Shown: positions 40,458-49,430, counted from the stretch's first letter. The stretch: DNA of 64,000 bases from Candidatus Binatia bacterium (GCA_036009625.1 DASYLJ010000101.1:1483-65482); one strand, 5' to 3'. A program made the numbers and translations. Notes: a model not told the origin generated them from the sequence alone.

Positions 40458-41290
40458 CCGAAGAAGAGCGATTTCCGACGCTGCTTGAGACGCGTGACCA
40501 TGGCCTGCAGACGACGGCGTACGCGCATGGCTTCGACACGGGCACGCCCGTAGCGCGCCTCGTCGTCGCCCGCCGTGAGCCGCAGCGGCTTGCCGAAACG
40601 GATGTACCATTTCGTCGGAAGCGGCAATGCCCCGAGAATGCCCAGCACCGGAAAGAACGGCGTGATGGGCACGTACGGCATGCCGAGCAGCTTACCGATG
40701 CCCTCGGCACGGCCGACCAGCGGGTATATCTCCTCGGCGCCGACGACGGCCACCGGCACGACGGGCACGTCGAGCGCGAGCGCCATGCGGGCGAAGCCCG
40801 GGCTGAACGGACGCAGGCGGTAGCGGTCGCTGAACGGCTTGGCGACGCCGGGCACGCCCTCGGGGAATACCAGGAGCGGCTCGCCGTGCTGCAGCAGCGT
40901 GATCGCGTTTTCGCGCGACGCCACCACGCCGCCGACCTTGCGGTAGAACGCGTCGACCGGTCCAAGGTTGGCGACGAAGCGATCGTAGAGGAAGCGCACC
41001 GGGCGGCCGCGGTGCTTGTCGAGCGCCGTGATGATCATGGCGCCGTCGAACGGCAGCGCGCCGGAGTGGTTGGCGACCAGCAGCACCGGCCCGGTGGCCG
41101 GCACGTGGTGCGCGCCCGCGACGTCGACCCGCCAGTAACGATCGTGCAGGAAGCGGAACGCCGGCTTGACGCGATTGCGGACCGTCAGGTCGAGGCCGAA
41201 CGGATCGCCGGAGGGTGCGTCGTCGGTCTTACCGACGTCGAGCGTGATCGATGATGCCACTCCACTCACGCCCCTGCCTCCACCGCGCAC
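40454..41290 (-). CDS. lysophospholipid/1-acyl-glycerol-3-phosphate acyltransferase family (PlsC-like)
   Basis: ...GPVLLVANHSGALPFDG... (HX4D-box variant) and ...LLVFPEGVPGV... (FPEG box). The start is uncertain (GTG 41290, 41263 or 41254). Confidence 0.8.
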   Translation of the reverse strand: MRGGGRGVSGVASSITLDVGKTDDAPSGDPFGLDLTVRNRVKPAFRFLHDRYWRVDVAGAHHVPATGPVLLVANHSGALPFDGAMIITALDKHRGRPVRFLYDRFVANLGPVDAFYRKVGGVVASRENAITLLQHGEPLLVFPEGVPGVAKPFSDRYRLRPFSPGFARMALALDVPVVPVAVVGAEEIYPLVGRAEGIGKLLGMPYVPITPFFPVLGILGALPLPTKWYIRFGKPLRLTAGDDEARYGRARVEAMRVRRRLQAMVTRLKQRRKSLFFG

Positions 41291-41360
41291 GAGTTACAGC
41301 TCCCGCGACGCTGTATAGCCCACCGCCGTCGGAGAAAACAAGGTAGTGCCCACGCCGAAT

Positions 41361-41762
41361 TCACGCGAGGGCGACCGTCGCGGTGCCGATGACCAGGCGA
41401 TCGCCCTCGTCGCTCTCCATCCACAGATCGAGCTCGACGGTGCGCGCCGCGTCGTCCTTCTGGGTCACCGCACCGCACAGACGGATCGTGCGATCGGGCA
41501 GGACGAGACCGCGGAAGGTGGTGCCGAGCCGGCGGAGCCGCCCCGGACCGGCCCAGCCGTCGATCAACATCGTGAGAAGGCCCATGCTCATGTTGCCGGG
41601 CGCGATCATGCCCGGCAGTCCTTCGGCGCGGGCGCCCTCGTCGTCGGTGAAGCGCGGGAACGTGATGTCGTTGGCGCGCGCATACTCGCGCACCTGATCC
41701 TTCGACAGGTACAGCTCGCGCGGGCCGAGGTCGTCGCCCTCGAAGACGTCGTCGAAGCGCAC
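41361..41762 (-). CDS. MaoC-like hotdog dehydratase/hydratase subunit
   Basis: ...SKDQVREYARANDITFPRFTDDEGARAEGLPGMIAPGNMSMGLL...TTFRGLVLPDRTI... is a MaoC dehydratase motif. GTG start lies 1 nt after the upstream stop. Confidence 0.8.
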   Translation of the reverse strand: MRFDDVFEGDDLGPRELYLSKDQVREYARANDITFPRFTDDEGARAEGLPGMIAPGNMSMGLLTMLIDGWAGPGRLRRLGTTFRGLVLPDRTIRLCGAVTQKDDAARTVELDLWMESDEGDRLVIGTATVALA

Positions 41763-41763
41763 G

Positions 41764-42201
41764 TCAGCGATCTCCCTTGAACATCATGCGGTTGTCGATC
41801 GTCGCGAGGTGCTCGTCGCGATCGTTCGTGATCATGAAGCGGACCACCAGGAAGATCATCGTGCCGGTGCGGCCGGTCTTCTCGTAGACGTCGTGCAGCG
41901 TGGAGACCACCCGCACCATGTCGCCGGGACGGATGGGTACGCCGAACTCGATGTCCTTGCCGGCATCGAGGCTCATGCGCGGGTTGAGACCGGCCGGCAG
42001 GTCGTCGGGGAGGAACTTCCGGCTGCGGTACCGCACGCAGTACGTCGGATGGCCGATCAGATCGGGACCAGGCTCGACGTAGCAGGGGGTGGTCTCGCCC
42101 AGCGCGCGCGCGAACGCGATCAGCGACTCGGCGGTGACGGGCTCGGCGTCGGCACGGTCGAACTCGCGACCGAGGATGGAACGATCGAACTCCAGGGGCA
42201 T
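41764..42201 (-). CDS. hotdog-fold protein (FAS1 dehydratase N-terminal / MaoC partner subunit)
   Basis: MPLEFDRSILGREF...VTAESLIAFARALGETTPCYV...HPTYCV...GDMVRVVSTLHDVYEKTGRTGTMIFLVVRF... resembles the non-catalytic partner of heterodimeric HadAB/ChsH-type hydratases. Confidence 0.7.
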   Translation of the reverse strand: MPLEFDRSILGREFDRADAEPVTAESLIAFARALGETTPCYVEPGPDLIGHPTYCVRYRSRKFLPDDLPAGLNPRMSLDAGKDIEFGVPIRPGDMVRVVSTLHDVYEKTGRTGTMIFLVVRFMITNDRDEHLATIDNRMMFKGDR

Positions 42202-42247
42202 GACCCGGGCGAAGCTAGGCGAACCGCCGGTACGCCGCAAGGTGCGA

Positions 42248-43030
42248 TCAAACGCCGAAACGTCCGAGCAGTCGCTGCACCAGCCAGATGATGATCGGCA
42301 GTACCAGCGTGGTGATGAACCCCGTCGCCGTGGAGACGTCCCACGGCCAGGTCGAGATGCGGGTGAGCGCCTCGCGCTCCGTGACGATCGACGACAGCTG
42401 GTTGTTGAGCTTGTCGGCGTCCGTGAGCACGTCCTGGTCGACGCGCTCGTGCAAGCGACCGACGATGCGTTCGAAACGGGCGCCGGCCTCCTCCAGCAGC
42501 CGATGTTTCTCGGCGACGAGGCGCAGGTGCATCCCGTACAGCGGCAGGAGGAAGCACGCCACGGCGGTCGGCACCATGGCGACGATCAGCAGCTTCAGCA
42601 ACGGGGTGTCGTGCACGATCTCGGGTCGGACGGCGGCGATGTAGTAGGCCAGCAGCAGGAAGCTCATCCCGGTGCGGGCAGTCAGGCGCGAGAAGGCGTA
42701 GAGCGGCTTGGCGCGGAAGAGGCTGACCTTCCGGGCGAGGCCGTGGATCAGGTCCACCATCCAGAGCTGCCGGATCGCCTGCGCCGTGCTGATGCCGACC
42801 ACGGCCAGCGTGAACAAGCCCACCGGGGCCAGAATCAGGGCGCTCGACAGGCGCGACGCCCCGAACTGCATCATGATCCAGTCGGGGAGGAGGGCCGCGT
42901 TGACGACGTACGCCAGCATCCCGAACGCAGTGACCACCCACGTCGTGCGTGCAGGCAGCGTGGTGAGCTCGTAGCGCAGGCGGTGGAACTCCTCGTCGCC
43001 CACGGCCAACGCGGAACGGAAGCCGTCCAT
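42248..43030 (-). CDS. polytopic membrane protein, unknown family (N-terminus probably extends upstream)
   Basis: Hydrophobic spans, a central coiled segment and C-terminal ...WPWDVSTATGFITTLVLPIIIWLVQRLL. The same frame stays open and GC3-rich up to 43411, but with no ATG, GTG or TTG (see finding). Confidence 0.6.
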   Translation of the reverse strand: MDGFRSALAVGDEEFHRLRYELTTLPARTTWVVTAFGMLAYVVNAALLPDWIMMQFGASRLSSALILAPVGLFTLAVVGISTAQAIRQLWMVDLIHGLARKVSLFRAKPLYAFSRLTARTGMSFLLLAYYIAAVRPEIVHDTPLLKLLIVAMVPTAVACFLLPLYGMHLRLVAEKHRLLEEAGARFERIVGRLHERVDQDVLTDADKLNNQLSSIVTEREALTRISTWPWDVSTATGFITTLVLPIIIWLVQRLLGRFGV

Positions 43031-43331
43031 GGCCGCCGCCGCCGCCCGATCGAGACGGAAGCGGACCCAGAGGAGGTACGGCGCGATGACGACGATGAAC
43101 GTGCGCCCCAGATCGAACGTGCCGAATGGCAGGACATCGTTCGACCACAGCAGCGCCGTCGTCCAGAGCCACTCGACGAGGAGTATCGCGAGAACGTAGA
43201 GGCCGTCCGGTCCCGGCAGCCGGTCGATCCGATCGAGCAGCAGGTCGAGCCAGCCGGGGACGTAGTGACGCTCCCGAACTCTCCGTAGTCCCCGCTCGAC
43301 AGCCGCCGGCTTCGTGGCTTCCTCCTCGTCC

Positions 43332-44402
43332 TCAGGGACGCACGACGTAGAACGCGTTGATCGGATGCCCGAGCTCGAGCGGCTCGAACGACGCGAAGCC
43401 CGCCTCCTGCGTCATGCGACGCGCGAGGTCCGCCGTGAGCCCCAGCGTGCCGAGCCCTGCCCCACCGGGCTCGGACAGCGCCGACGACATGCACGTCAGT
43501 ACCGACGTGCCGTACATCATGGCCGCCATCGGGTTGCGCGCGACGTTGGCCTCGTAGCTCTCGCGCGCCTTGATGTCGCAGATGAGCCACACACCGTCGG
43601 GACGGATCGCCGAACGGATCGCGCCCATGACCGCCTGTGGGTGGGTCATGTCGTGCAGGCAGTCGAACGTCGTGACGAACGCGAAGCGACCGTCCGTCGG
43701 TAGCGGATCGCGTCGCGCATCGTGGAACGTGACGTTGGAGATGCCGGCCGTGGCGCGGTTCTCCTCGGCGCGGCCGAGCGCGTACTCCGAGACGTCCCAG
43801 CCGTGGAACGTCGACCGCGGGAATGCCTTCGCCATCTCGATCAGGGCCACGCCACTGCCGCAGCCGACGTCCGCCACCGTGGCTCCCGCGGCGAGAACGT
43901 CGGTCAGGCCCGGAACCGCGGGCAACGCCAGCGGCACCAGCAAGGCGCGGAACCAGGGCGCGAAGCCGCGCTCGATACCGGCCGCACCCTCGGGACCGAA
44001 GGCGTCGTACGGCAGCCCGACGCCGGTGCGGAAGGCCTCCGGCAGGAGGTCGACCACGCTCATCATCTGCGGGAAGTGCGAGAAGAAGCCGGCGCCGAAG
44101 GCGGGTGACGCTTCCTCGGCGAGCACGGCGCGGCCCTCGGCGGAGAGCGCGAAGCGGCCGTCGCCGCGATGCTCGAGCACTCCGGCGGCACCCTGCTGAT
44201 GGAGCCATTCGCGTACCCAGCGCTCGGCGAGGCCGGTACGTGCGGCCAGCGCGACGCTATCCGTGGGCTCGCCATCGGCCAGCGCCCGATAGAGGCCCAG
44301 GCGATCGCCGAGGCAGATCATCGCCGACGTCATGGCACCACCGAGGGCCCCGAAGACGACCTTCGCGTAGGCCTTGAGTCGGTCGACGTCGAGCTCGGCC
44401 AT
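43332..44402 (-). CDS. class I SAM-dependent methyltransferase with N-terminal winged-helix (Rv2258c-like)
   Basis: From ATG 44402: ...MICLGDRLGLYRALADGEPTDSVALAARTGLAERWVREWL... (wHTH), then VADVGCGSGVALIEMAKAF (motif I) and ...FDCLHDMTHP... Confidence 0.8.
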   Translation of the reverse strand: MAELDVDRLKAYAKVVFGALGGAMTSAMICLGDRLGLYRALADGEPTDSVALAARTGLAERWVREWLHQQGAAGVLEHRGDGRFALSAEGRAVLAEEASPAFGAGFFSHFPQMMSVVDLLPEAFRTGVGLPYDAFGPEGAAGIERGFAPWFRALLVPLALPAVPGLTDVLAAGATVADVGCGSGVALIEMAKAFPRSTFHGWDVSEYALGRAEENRATAGISNVTFHDARRDPLPTDGRFAFVTTFDCLHDMTHPQAVMGAIRSAIRPDGVWLICDIKARESYEANVARNPMAAMMYGTSVLTCMSSALSEPGGAGLGTLGLTADLARRMTQEAGFASFEPLELGHPINAFYVVRP

Positions 44403-44926
44403 CAGTGTTCCAGCGTGAAGTACAGCACGCAGGCGTACGCCGAGCCGGCACGATAGTTCATGCGCGCCAGCAGCAGGCCGGGCCCGAGCCGCCGCACCTC
44501 GCCGACGATGCCGCGCATCGGCAGCAGGTTCTCGTCGACGTCGTAGTCGAGCTGGACGCACGGACCGGTGCCGTCGAGTGCGAGGGTGAGCTTCACGCGG
44601 TACGCCGCGAAGCTCAGTTGTCCCGTCCCGACGCCCCAACGATTGACGCCGTGGTCACCCGCGAAGCGCTTCGCGCGCCAGACGTTGAGCGGCGTGCGGA
44701 GCACGGCGTAGATGCCGTCGCGCAACCAGATCGGCAGCCGGTCGATGCCGAGCACGCCCATGAGCGAGCCGCGGAGATCACCGCGCAGCTCCGAGAGCTC
44801 GGGCACCGGAAGCGCCGCGAAGAGAGCGTCGAGCTCGGCGCGCGAGCGACGCGCGAGCGAGCGCGCGTCGACTGCCTCGGGGCGGAAGCCGGTGTCGGTG
44901 ACGGGGATGCGGATGGCCTGTTCCAT
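44402..44926 (-). CDS. hypothetical protein (174 aa), no recognised family
   Basis: GC3-rich ORF. Its stop overlaps the methyltransferase ATG by 1 nt, and it lies 18 nt downstream of the GMC oxidoreductase stop. Confidence 0.55.
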   Translation of the reverse strand: MEQAIRIPVTDTGFRPEAVDARSLARRSRAELDALFAALPVPELSELRGDLRGSLMGVLGIDRLPIWLRDGIYAVLRTPLNVWRAKRFAGDHGVNRWGVGTGQLSFAAYRVKLTLALDGTGPCVQLDYDVDENLLPMRGIVGEVRRLGPGLLLARMNYRAGSAYACVLYFTLEH

Positions 44927-44943
44927 GATTTCCTCCGTGGACG

Positions 44944-46425
44944 TCAGTGCATCAAAGCGGCCTGGCGCTCGGCGAGCGCCGCGATCGTGAGCGACGGCGG
45001 GATGCCGGGCGAGCGTGGGTAGAGCGCACCGTCGGCGATGAAGAGCCCGGGATTGCCGAAGACCTCTCCGGTGTGGTCGACGACCCCGTCGTCGGGAGTC
45101 TTCCCGATCGACGCGCCACCGAGCGGGTGCACCGTGCCGACCCGCGGCGCGCCGCGCCCTGACGGCACGTTCAGATAGAGACGGCGCGCGCCGTAGGGAC
45201 GGCTCACGACCTCGATGGCGTGCTCGATGTCGTCGAACAGCGCGGGGTCGACGTCGCGGCCGGCGCTGGTACGGAGCGCGCTGCCGTCGAAGGTGATCTC
45301 GCCGGTGGATGCGTCGCGTCCCATGGCGAGCAGCAGCGCCGCCCGTCCGAGCCGGCGCTTCAGCGACCGCGGCAGCGGCATGGCGGCGAGCGGCAGCCCG
45401 ACCTCGCCGACGATGAAGCGGGCGCGACGCACGAAGGCGTTCAGGGCAGCCCCCCGGCCCACATCGGTCACCGTCTGCGTGTCGGCGGCGATCGCGAGCA
45501 GATCGCCGTTCGGCGAGAAGTGACGGCCGAGCGCAGGCGGCAGATAGGGCAGCGCGCCGTGGCGATCGCGCGCCTGGAAGAGCAGCCGGATGGTGTTGAG
45601 CGATCCGGCGGCCAGCACGAGGCGCGGCGCGTCCACCTGCTGCTGCGCACCGGTGCGGTGATCGCGGTAGCGCACGCGATAGCGACCGTCCTCACGCCCG
45701 ATCGCGACCACCTCGCACAACGGCCGCAGCTCGGCGCCGTGGCGCAGTGCGATCGGCACGTAGGTGAGGTCGAGCGTCGTCTTGGCGCGCTCGGTGCAGC
45801 CCATGACGCAGCAGCCGCAGTGCGTGCAGCTCGACTGCATCACGCCGGCGGCGTTCACCCGCTTCTCGGGGCGCGCCGGATCGCTGCTCCACATGATCCC
45901 CAGGTCGGGATAGACGGGTGGACCCAGGCCCGCCTCGACGGTGGCACGCTCGAAGGCCTGGTTCTTGTCCGGACGGACGGGGATGGGCGACGGACGCAGC
46001 ACCGACCGCACGCGCCCGAACCACGGCGCCATCTCGCCGCCGGTGATCTCGTCGGGAAAGGCGTCGAAGAATTCCGCGTCGGGCGCCTCGAGCACGTTGG
46101 TGTAGATCAGCGAGCCGCCGCCCACGCCGCTGCCGGTCACGACGTCGAGGTGCTCGAAGGCGTGCATCTCGTAGAGGCCGTCGGCGTTGACGAGGACCTC
46201 TCGCGACCGTCGACCGCGCGCCCAGCGCACGCTGCGGACGGACTTCCGCAACCCGAGCACGCCGCGTGGGAACGCGCGACGATCGGCCGCGGGCTGGCCC
46301 TCACCCGCCGGGCCCCACCACGGCCCACGCTCGAGGATCAGGACGCGCAGGCCGCGTTGCGCGAGCCGGGCCGCGGTGACCGCGCCGCCGAAGCCGGAGC
46401 CGATGACGATGACGTCGGGGGTCAC
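44944..46425 (-). CDS. GMC-family FAD oxidoreductase (cholesterol-oxidase-like)
   Basis: From GTG 46425 (GTGA overlap): DVIVIGSGFGGAVTAARLAQRGLRVLILERG..., ...GSGVGGGSLIY.N..., ...TVHPLGGASIG... and ...NPGLFIADGALYPRSPGIPPSLTIAALAER are typical GMC N- and C-terminal motifs. Confidence 0.85.
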   Translation of the reverse strand: MTPDVIVIGSGFGGAVTAARLAQRGLRVLILERGPWWGPAGEGQPAADRRAFPRGVLGLRKSVRSVRWARGRRSREVLVNADGLYEMHAFEHLDVVTGSGVGGGSLIYTNVLEAPDAEFFDAFPDEITGGEMAPWFGRVRSVLRPSPIPVRPDKNQAFERATVEAGLGPPVYPDLGIMWSSDPARPEKRVNAAGVMQSSCTHCGCCVMGCTERAKTTLDLTYVPIALRHGAELRPLCEVVAIGREDGRYRVRYRDHRTGAQQQVDAPRLVLAAGSLNTIRLLFQARDRHGALPYLPPALGRHFSPNGDLLAIAADTQTVTDVGRGAALNAFVRRARFIVGEVGLPLAAMPLPRSLKRRLGRAALLLAMGRDASTGEITFDGSALRTSAGRDVDPALFDDIEHAIEVVSRPYGARRLYLNVPSGRGAPRVGTVHPLGGASIGKTPDDGVVDHTGEVFGNPGLFIADGALYPRSPGIPPSLTIAALAERQAALMH

Positions 46426-47072
46426 GTCGTCACCGGACGCTGGCGGAAGTCGACCGCGCGACACCGCCCCGCGCGCAGCTCGCGCACCAGATCGTCGATG
46501 GTGCGGATGTCGACGTCGAACTCCGTGGCGCAGATGCCGACGAAGCTGACGAGGTGCGCATCGCTGCCGCCGTAGCCCGAGTAGCCGTGCGTGCGCATCA
46601 GCTCGGCGACGCGTGCGTCCTCGCCCTTCTTGCTGCCGCCGTTGATGGCCTCGACGGCGACCACGCCGTCGAGGTGCGGTCGAGTCTCGTAGTGCGCGCA
46701 CAGCCCCACGTTGGGCCGGCCCGGATGACACGGCAGCGCGACGCCGCCGAGTCGCCACACCTCGCTTACGACCTCCTGCGCCGGCAGTCGCACGTTGGCG
46801 AAGTCGAAGCGCCCGAGGATGTCCTCGTTGACGCCGTAGACCAGCACGTGACCGTAGTCGGTCTCGACCTCGGCCGCGTTCAGGATGACGAAGCCGTACT
46901 GGTCTTCGAGATCGCGGTAGTCGCGATGCAGGTCGAACTGGCGGTGCTCGGTGAGGACGATGCCGTCGAGCGGTCGCTCCTCGCGCTTGCGCTGCAGGAT
47001 GCGGAGATACGCCTCGACGGGTGCGCGGCTGTCGTCGGAGAGCTCGGAGTGCAGATGCAGGTCGAGGATCAT
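46422..47072 (-). CDS. PHP-domain metal-dependent phosphoesterase
   Basis: From ATG 47072 (ATGA overlap): MILDLHLHSELSDDS...VLTEH...EVET.YGHVLVYG...GGSDAH... are PHP His/Asp motifs. Confidence 0.75.
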   Translation of the reverse strand: MILDLHLHSELSDDSRAPVEAYLRILQRKREERPLDGIVLTEHRQFDLHRDYRDLEDQYGFVILNAAEVETDYGHVLVYGVNEDILGRFDFANVRLPAQEVVSEVWRLGGVALPCHPGRPNVGLCAHYETRPHLDGVVAVEAINGGSKKGEDARVAELMRTHGYSGYGGSDAHLVSFVGICATEFDVDIRTIDDLVRELRAGRCRAVDFRQRPVTT

Positions 47073-47482
47073 GATGCCGGACGGAACTTCGGCAGCGTCA
47101 CGTCGGGCGTGACGTCGTCGAAGACCACCTCCACCGGCATCCCGATGCGGACCTGGTCGGGCGCGCACTCGACGACGTTGGTCATCAGGCGCGGCCCTTC
47201 CGCCAGCTGGACGATGGCGAGCACGTACGGCAGCTCCTCGCGGAACCCCGGCGCCTGATTTTGATGCGTGACGGTGTAGCTGTAGACGACGGCCTTGCCG
47301 CTCGACCGCACCCACTCGATGGCCCCCGACAGGCAGTTGGTGCAGAGCGCGCGCGGCGGCAGACGCAGCGTGCCGCAGTCGCGGCAGCGCTGCACGCACA
47401 GCTCGTGCCGAGCCAGCGCCTCCCACCAGCCGCGCGACTCCTCGTCGATGCGCGGCAGCGGCTTGCGGTACTTGTCGCTCAT
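47069..47482 (-). CDS. Zn-ribbon/OB-fold protein (DUF35)
   Basis: ...WWEALARHELCVQRCRDCGTLRLPPRALCTNCLS...VYSYTV...PYVLAIVQLAEGPRLMTNV... is the classic DUF35 pattern. ATGA overlap with the thiolase stop. Confidence 0.85.
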   Translation of the reverse strand: MSDKYRKPLPRIDEESRGWWEALARHELCVQRCRDCGTLRLPPRALCTNCLSGAIEWVRSSGKAVVYSYTVTHQNQAPGFREELPYVLAIVQLAEGPRLMTNVVECAPDQVRIGMPVEVVFDDVTPDVTLPKFRPAS

Positions 47483-48630
47483 GGCCGCCCCAGGATCATC
47501 GTGACCCCGCTGTGACGCTGGCCGAGCATGCCGCCGGTGCCGTGCACCAGTGCCAGCGCCGCGTCCGGCACCTGCGCTGCTCCGCGCTCGCGCCGGAGCT
47601 GCTTCGTGGCCTCGATGACGAGGAAGATGCCGCGCATGCCGGGATGGTTCGAAGACAGTCCGCCGCCGTCGGTGTTCACCGGCAACGCCCCGCCGAGGCC
47701 GATGCGACCATTCGCGCAGAACGCCCCACCCTCACCCGGTTTGCAGAAGCCCAGCGCCTCGAGCGTCGCCAGCACCGTGATGGTGTACGAGTCGTAGACC
47801 ATGCACATGTCGATGTCGTCGTGCGTGACGCCGGCACGCTGGAAGGCCAGCGGGCCCGACTGCCGCGCCGCGATGTCGAGCAGGTCGCGATCGCCGATGC
47901 CCTGATGGCGCACGGCCTCGGCGCCGCCGAGGATCACGACCGACGGCTTGGCGAGGTCGCGCGCGCGCTCCGCCGACGTCAGCACCAGCGCGCCACCGCC
48001 GTCGGAGATGATGCAGCAGTCGAGCAGGTGGAGCGGCGACGAGATGATGCGCGACGCCGTTACGTCCTCGATGGTGATCGGATCGCGGTACTTCGCCTGC
48101 GGGTTGAGCCCGGCGTGCCGTCGCATGGTGACGGCGATCTCGGCGAGCTGCTCGCTGGTGGTGCCGTACTCGTGCATGTGGCGCTGCGCGACGAGCGCGT
48201 AGGAGCCGACGATGGTGGGGCCGAAGGGCGACTCGAAGTGGTCGGGCGGGTCGGACACCATGCCGCCACCGGTGCCGATCGCGAAGCGCTCCGACGCCGC
48301 CGTGGAGCCGTAGGTGACGAGCGCCACCGAGCACAGCCCGGCGTCGATGGCAGCCGCCGCGTGCAGGCAGTGCGACACGAACGACGAGCCGCCGATCGCC
48401 TGCGAGTCCATGTAGCAGGGCTTCAGGTTCAGGTGCTGCGCCAACGACATGATGCCGATCGGCCCGACGCCGCTCGTGAACAGCCCGTCGACGTCGTGGA
48501 TGCCGAGCCCGGCGTCGGCGAGCGCGCCACGCGCGCTCTCGGTGTGTATCTGGTACGCGGTTTTGTCCGGCGCGAACCGCGTCGGATGCTCGTACACGCC
48601 GGCGACGGCGACGCGGCCCCAGACACTCAC
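47479..48630 (-). CDS. thiolase-like protein (SCP-x/Ltp-type, DUF35-partnered)
   Basis: From GTG 48630 (GTGA overlap): ...VAVAGVYEHPTRFAP...QAIGGSSFVSHCLHAAAAIDAGLCSVALVTYG...VNTDGGGLSSNHPGMRG... is the non-specific lipid-transfer thiolase pattern. Confidence 0.85.
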   Translation of the reverse strand: MSVWGRVAVAGVYEHPTRFAPDKTAYQIHTESARGALADAGLGIHDVDGLFTSGVGPIGIMSLAQHLNLKPCYMDSQAIGGSSFVSHCLHAAAAIDAGLCSVALVTYGSTAASERFAIGTGGGMVSDPPDHFESPFGPTIVGSYALVAQRHMHEYGTTSEQLAEIAVTMRRHAGLNPQAKYRDPITIEDVTASRIISSPLHLLDCCIISDGGGALVLTSAERARDLAKPSVVILGGAEAVRHQGIGDRDLLDIAARQSGPLAFQRAGVTHDDIDMCMVYDSYTITVLATLEALGFCKPGEGGAFCANGRIGLGGALPVNTDGGGLSSNHPGMRGIFLVIEATKQLRRERGAAQVPDAALALVHGTGGMLGQRHSGVTMILGRP

Positions 48631-49430
48631 GCGAGGCCCTCCGCGAACGCCGTCAGCAGGGCGTCGAACTGCGCGGTCTGCTCGAGCGGCACCTGATGGC
48701 CGGCCTTGGCGACGACCTCGAGCCGCGCGCCGGGGATGGCTGCGGCCAGCGCCTCGGACTGCGCCGGCGGCGTCACCTTGTCGTCGATTCCCGCGACGAC
48801 GAGCGTCGGCACGCGGATGCCGGGGAGCGCCGCGCGGCCGTCGAACACGTCGCAGGCGAGCAGATCGGTGAGCCGCACGCGCGGATCGGTCTTCACCTGC
48901 TCCATCCAGGCCTCGCGCATCAGGTCCATGCCGGTGTCTGGCGAGAAGGTCTCGGTGGTGAACTGCTGCGGCAGGCGGCCGCGCACGACGTCGCGCGTGG
49001 TGGCGATGCTCTCGGGGGCCAGGGTGAAGCGCGCCGACGAGCAGACGAGCGCGAGGCCCCGCAGCGCTGGTCTCCGGGCCGCCACCACCTGGGCGACGGC
49101 GCCCCCCATGCTGCGACCGACGAGGACGCAGGGTCGCCGGCAGACCGCATCCAGGAACGCCTCGACGACGGCGGCAGCGACCGCGATCGACTCGGGCCCC
49201 TCGACGCCGGGAGAGCGACCGTGTCCCGGCAGGTCGAGCGCGACGACGCTGTGCGCACTGCCAAGGTCGTCGAGCTGCCGGCGCCACATGCCGGCGTTGC
49301 TGCCGGCCGCATGGAGCAGGACGAACAGAGTGCCCCGATCGAGGCCCGGCGGCACGTCCGGGAGCGTGGTGGGACCCGTGTGCAGGTAGTGGACGGCGGT
49401 GCCGTCGAGGTCGACGTACTTGGAAGGCAA
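48627..49430 (-). CDS. alpha/beta-fold hydrolase
   Basis: ...LFVLLHAAGSNAGMWRRQL...LDLPGHGRS...VLVGRSMGGAVAQ... (nucleophile elbow GxSxG) ...AGHQVPLE... Confidence 0.8.
   Translation of the reverse strand: MPSKYVDLDGTAVHYLHTGPTTLPDVPPGLDRGTLFVLLHAAGSNAGMWRRQLDDLGSAHSVVALDLPGHGRSPGVEGPESIAVAAAVVEAFLDAVCRRPCVLVGRSMGGAVAQVVAARRPALRGLALVCSSARFTLAPESIATTRDVVRGRLPQQFTTETFSPDTGMDLMREAWMEQVKTDPRVRLTDLLACDVFDGRAALPGIRVPTLVVAGIDDKVTPPAQSEALAAAIPGARLEVVAKAGHQVPLEQTAQFDALLTAFAEGLA

Noticed and set aside
43332-43335. CTGA junction at the methyltransferase stop as a CTG start for the downstream membrane protein
   Set aside because: The CTG at 43335-43333 is not in the frame of the membrane-protein ORF. 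The frame it opens gives Arg-rich nonsense (LRTRRKPRS...).
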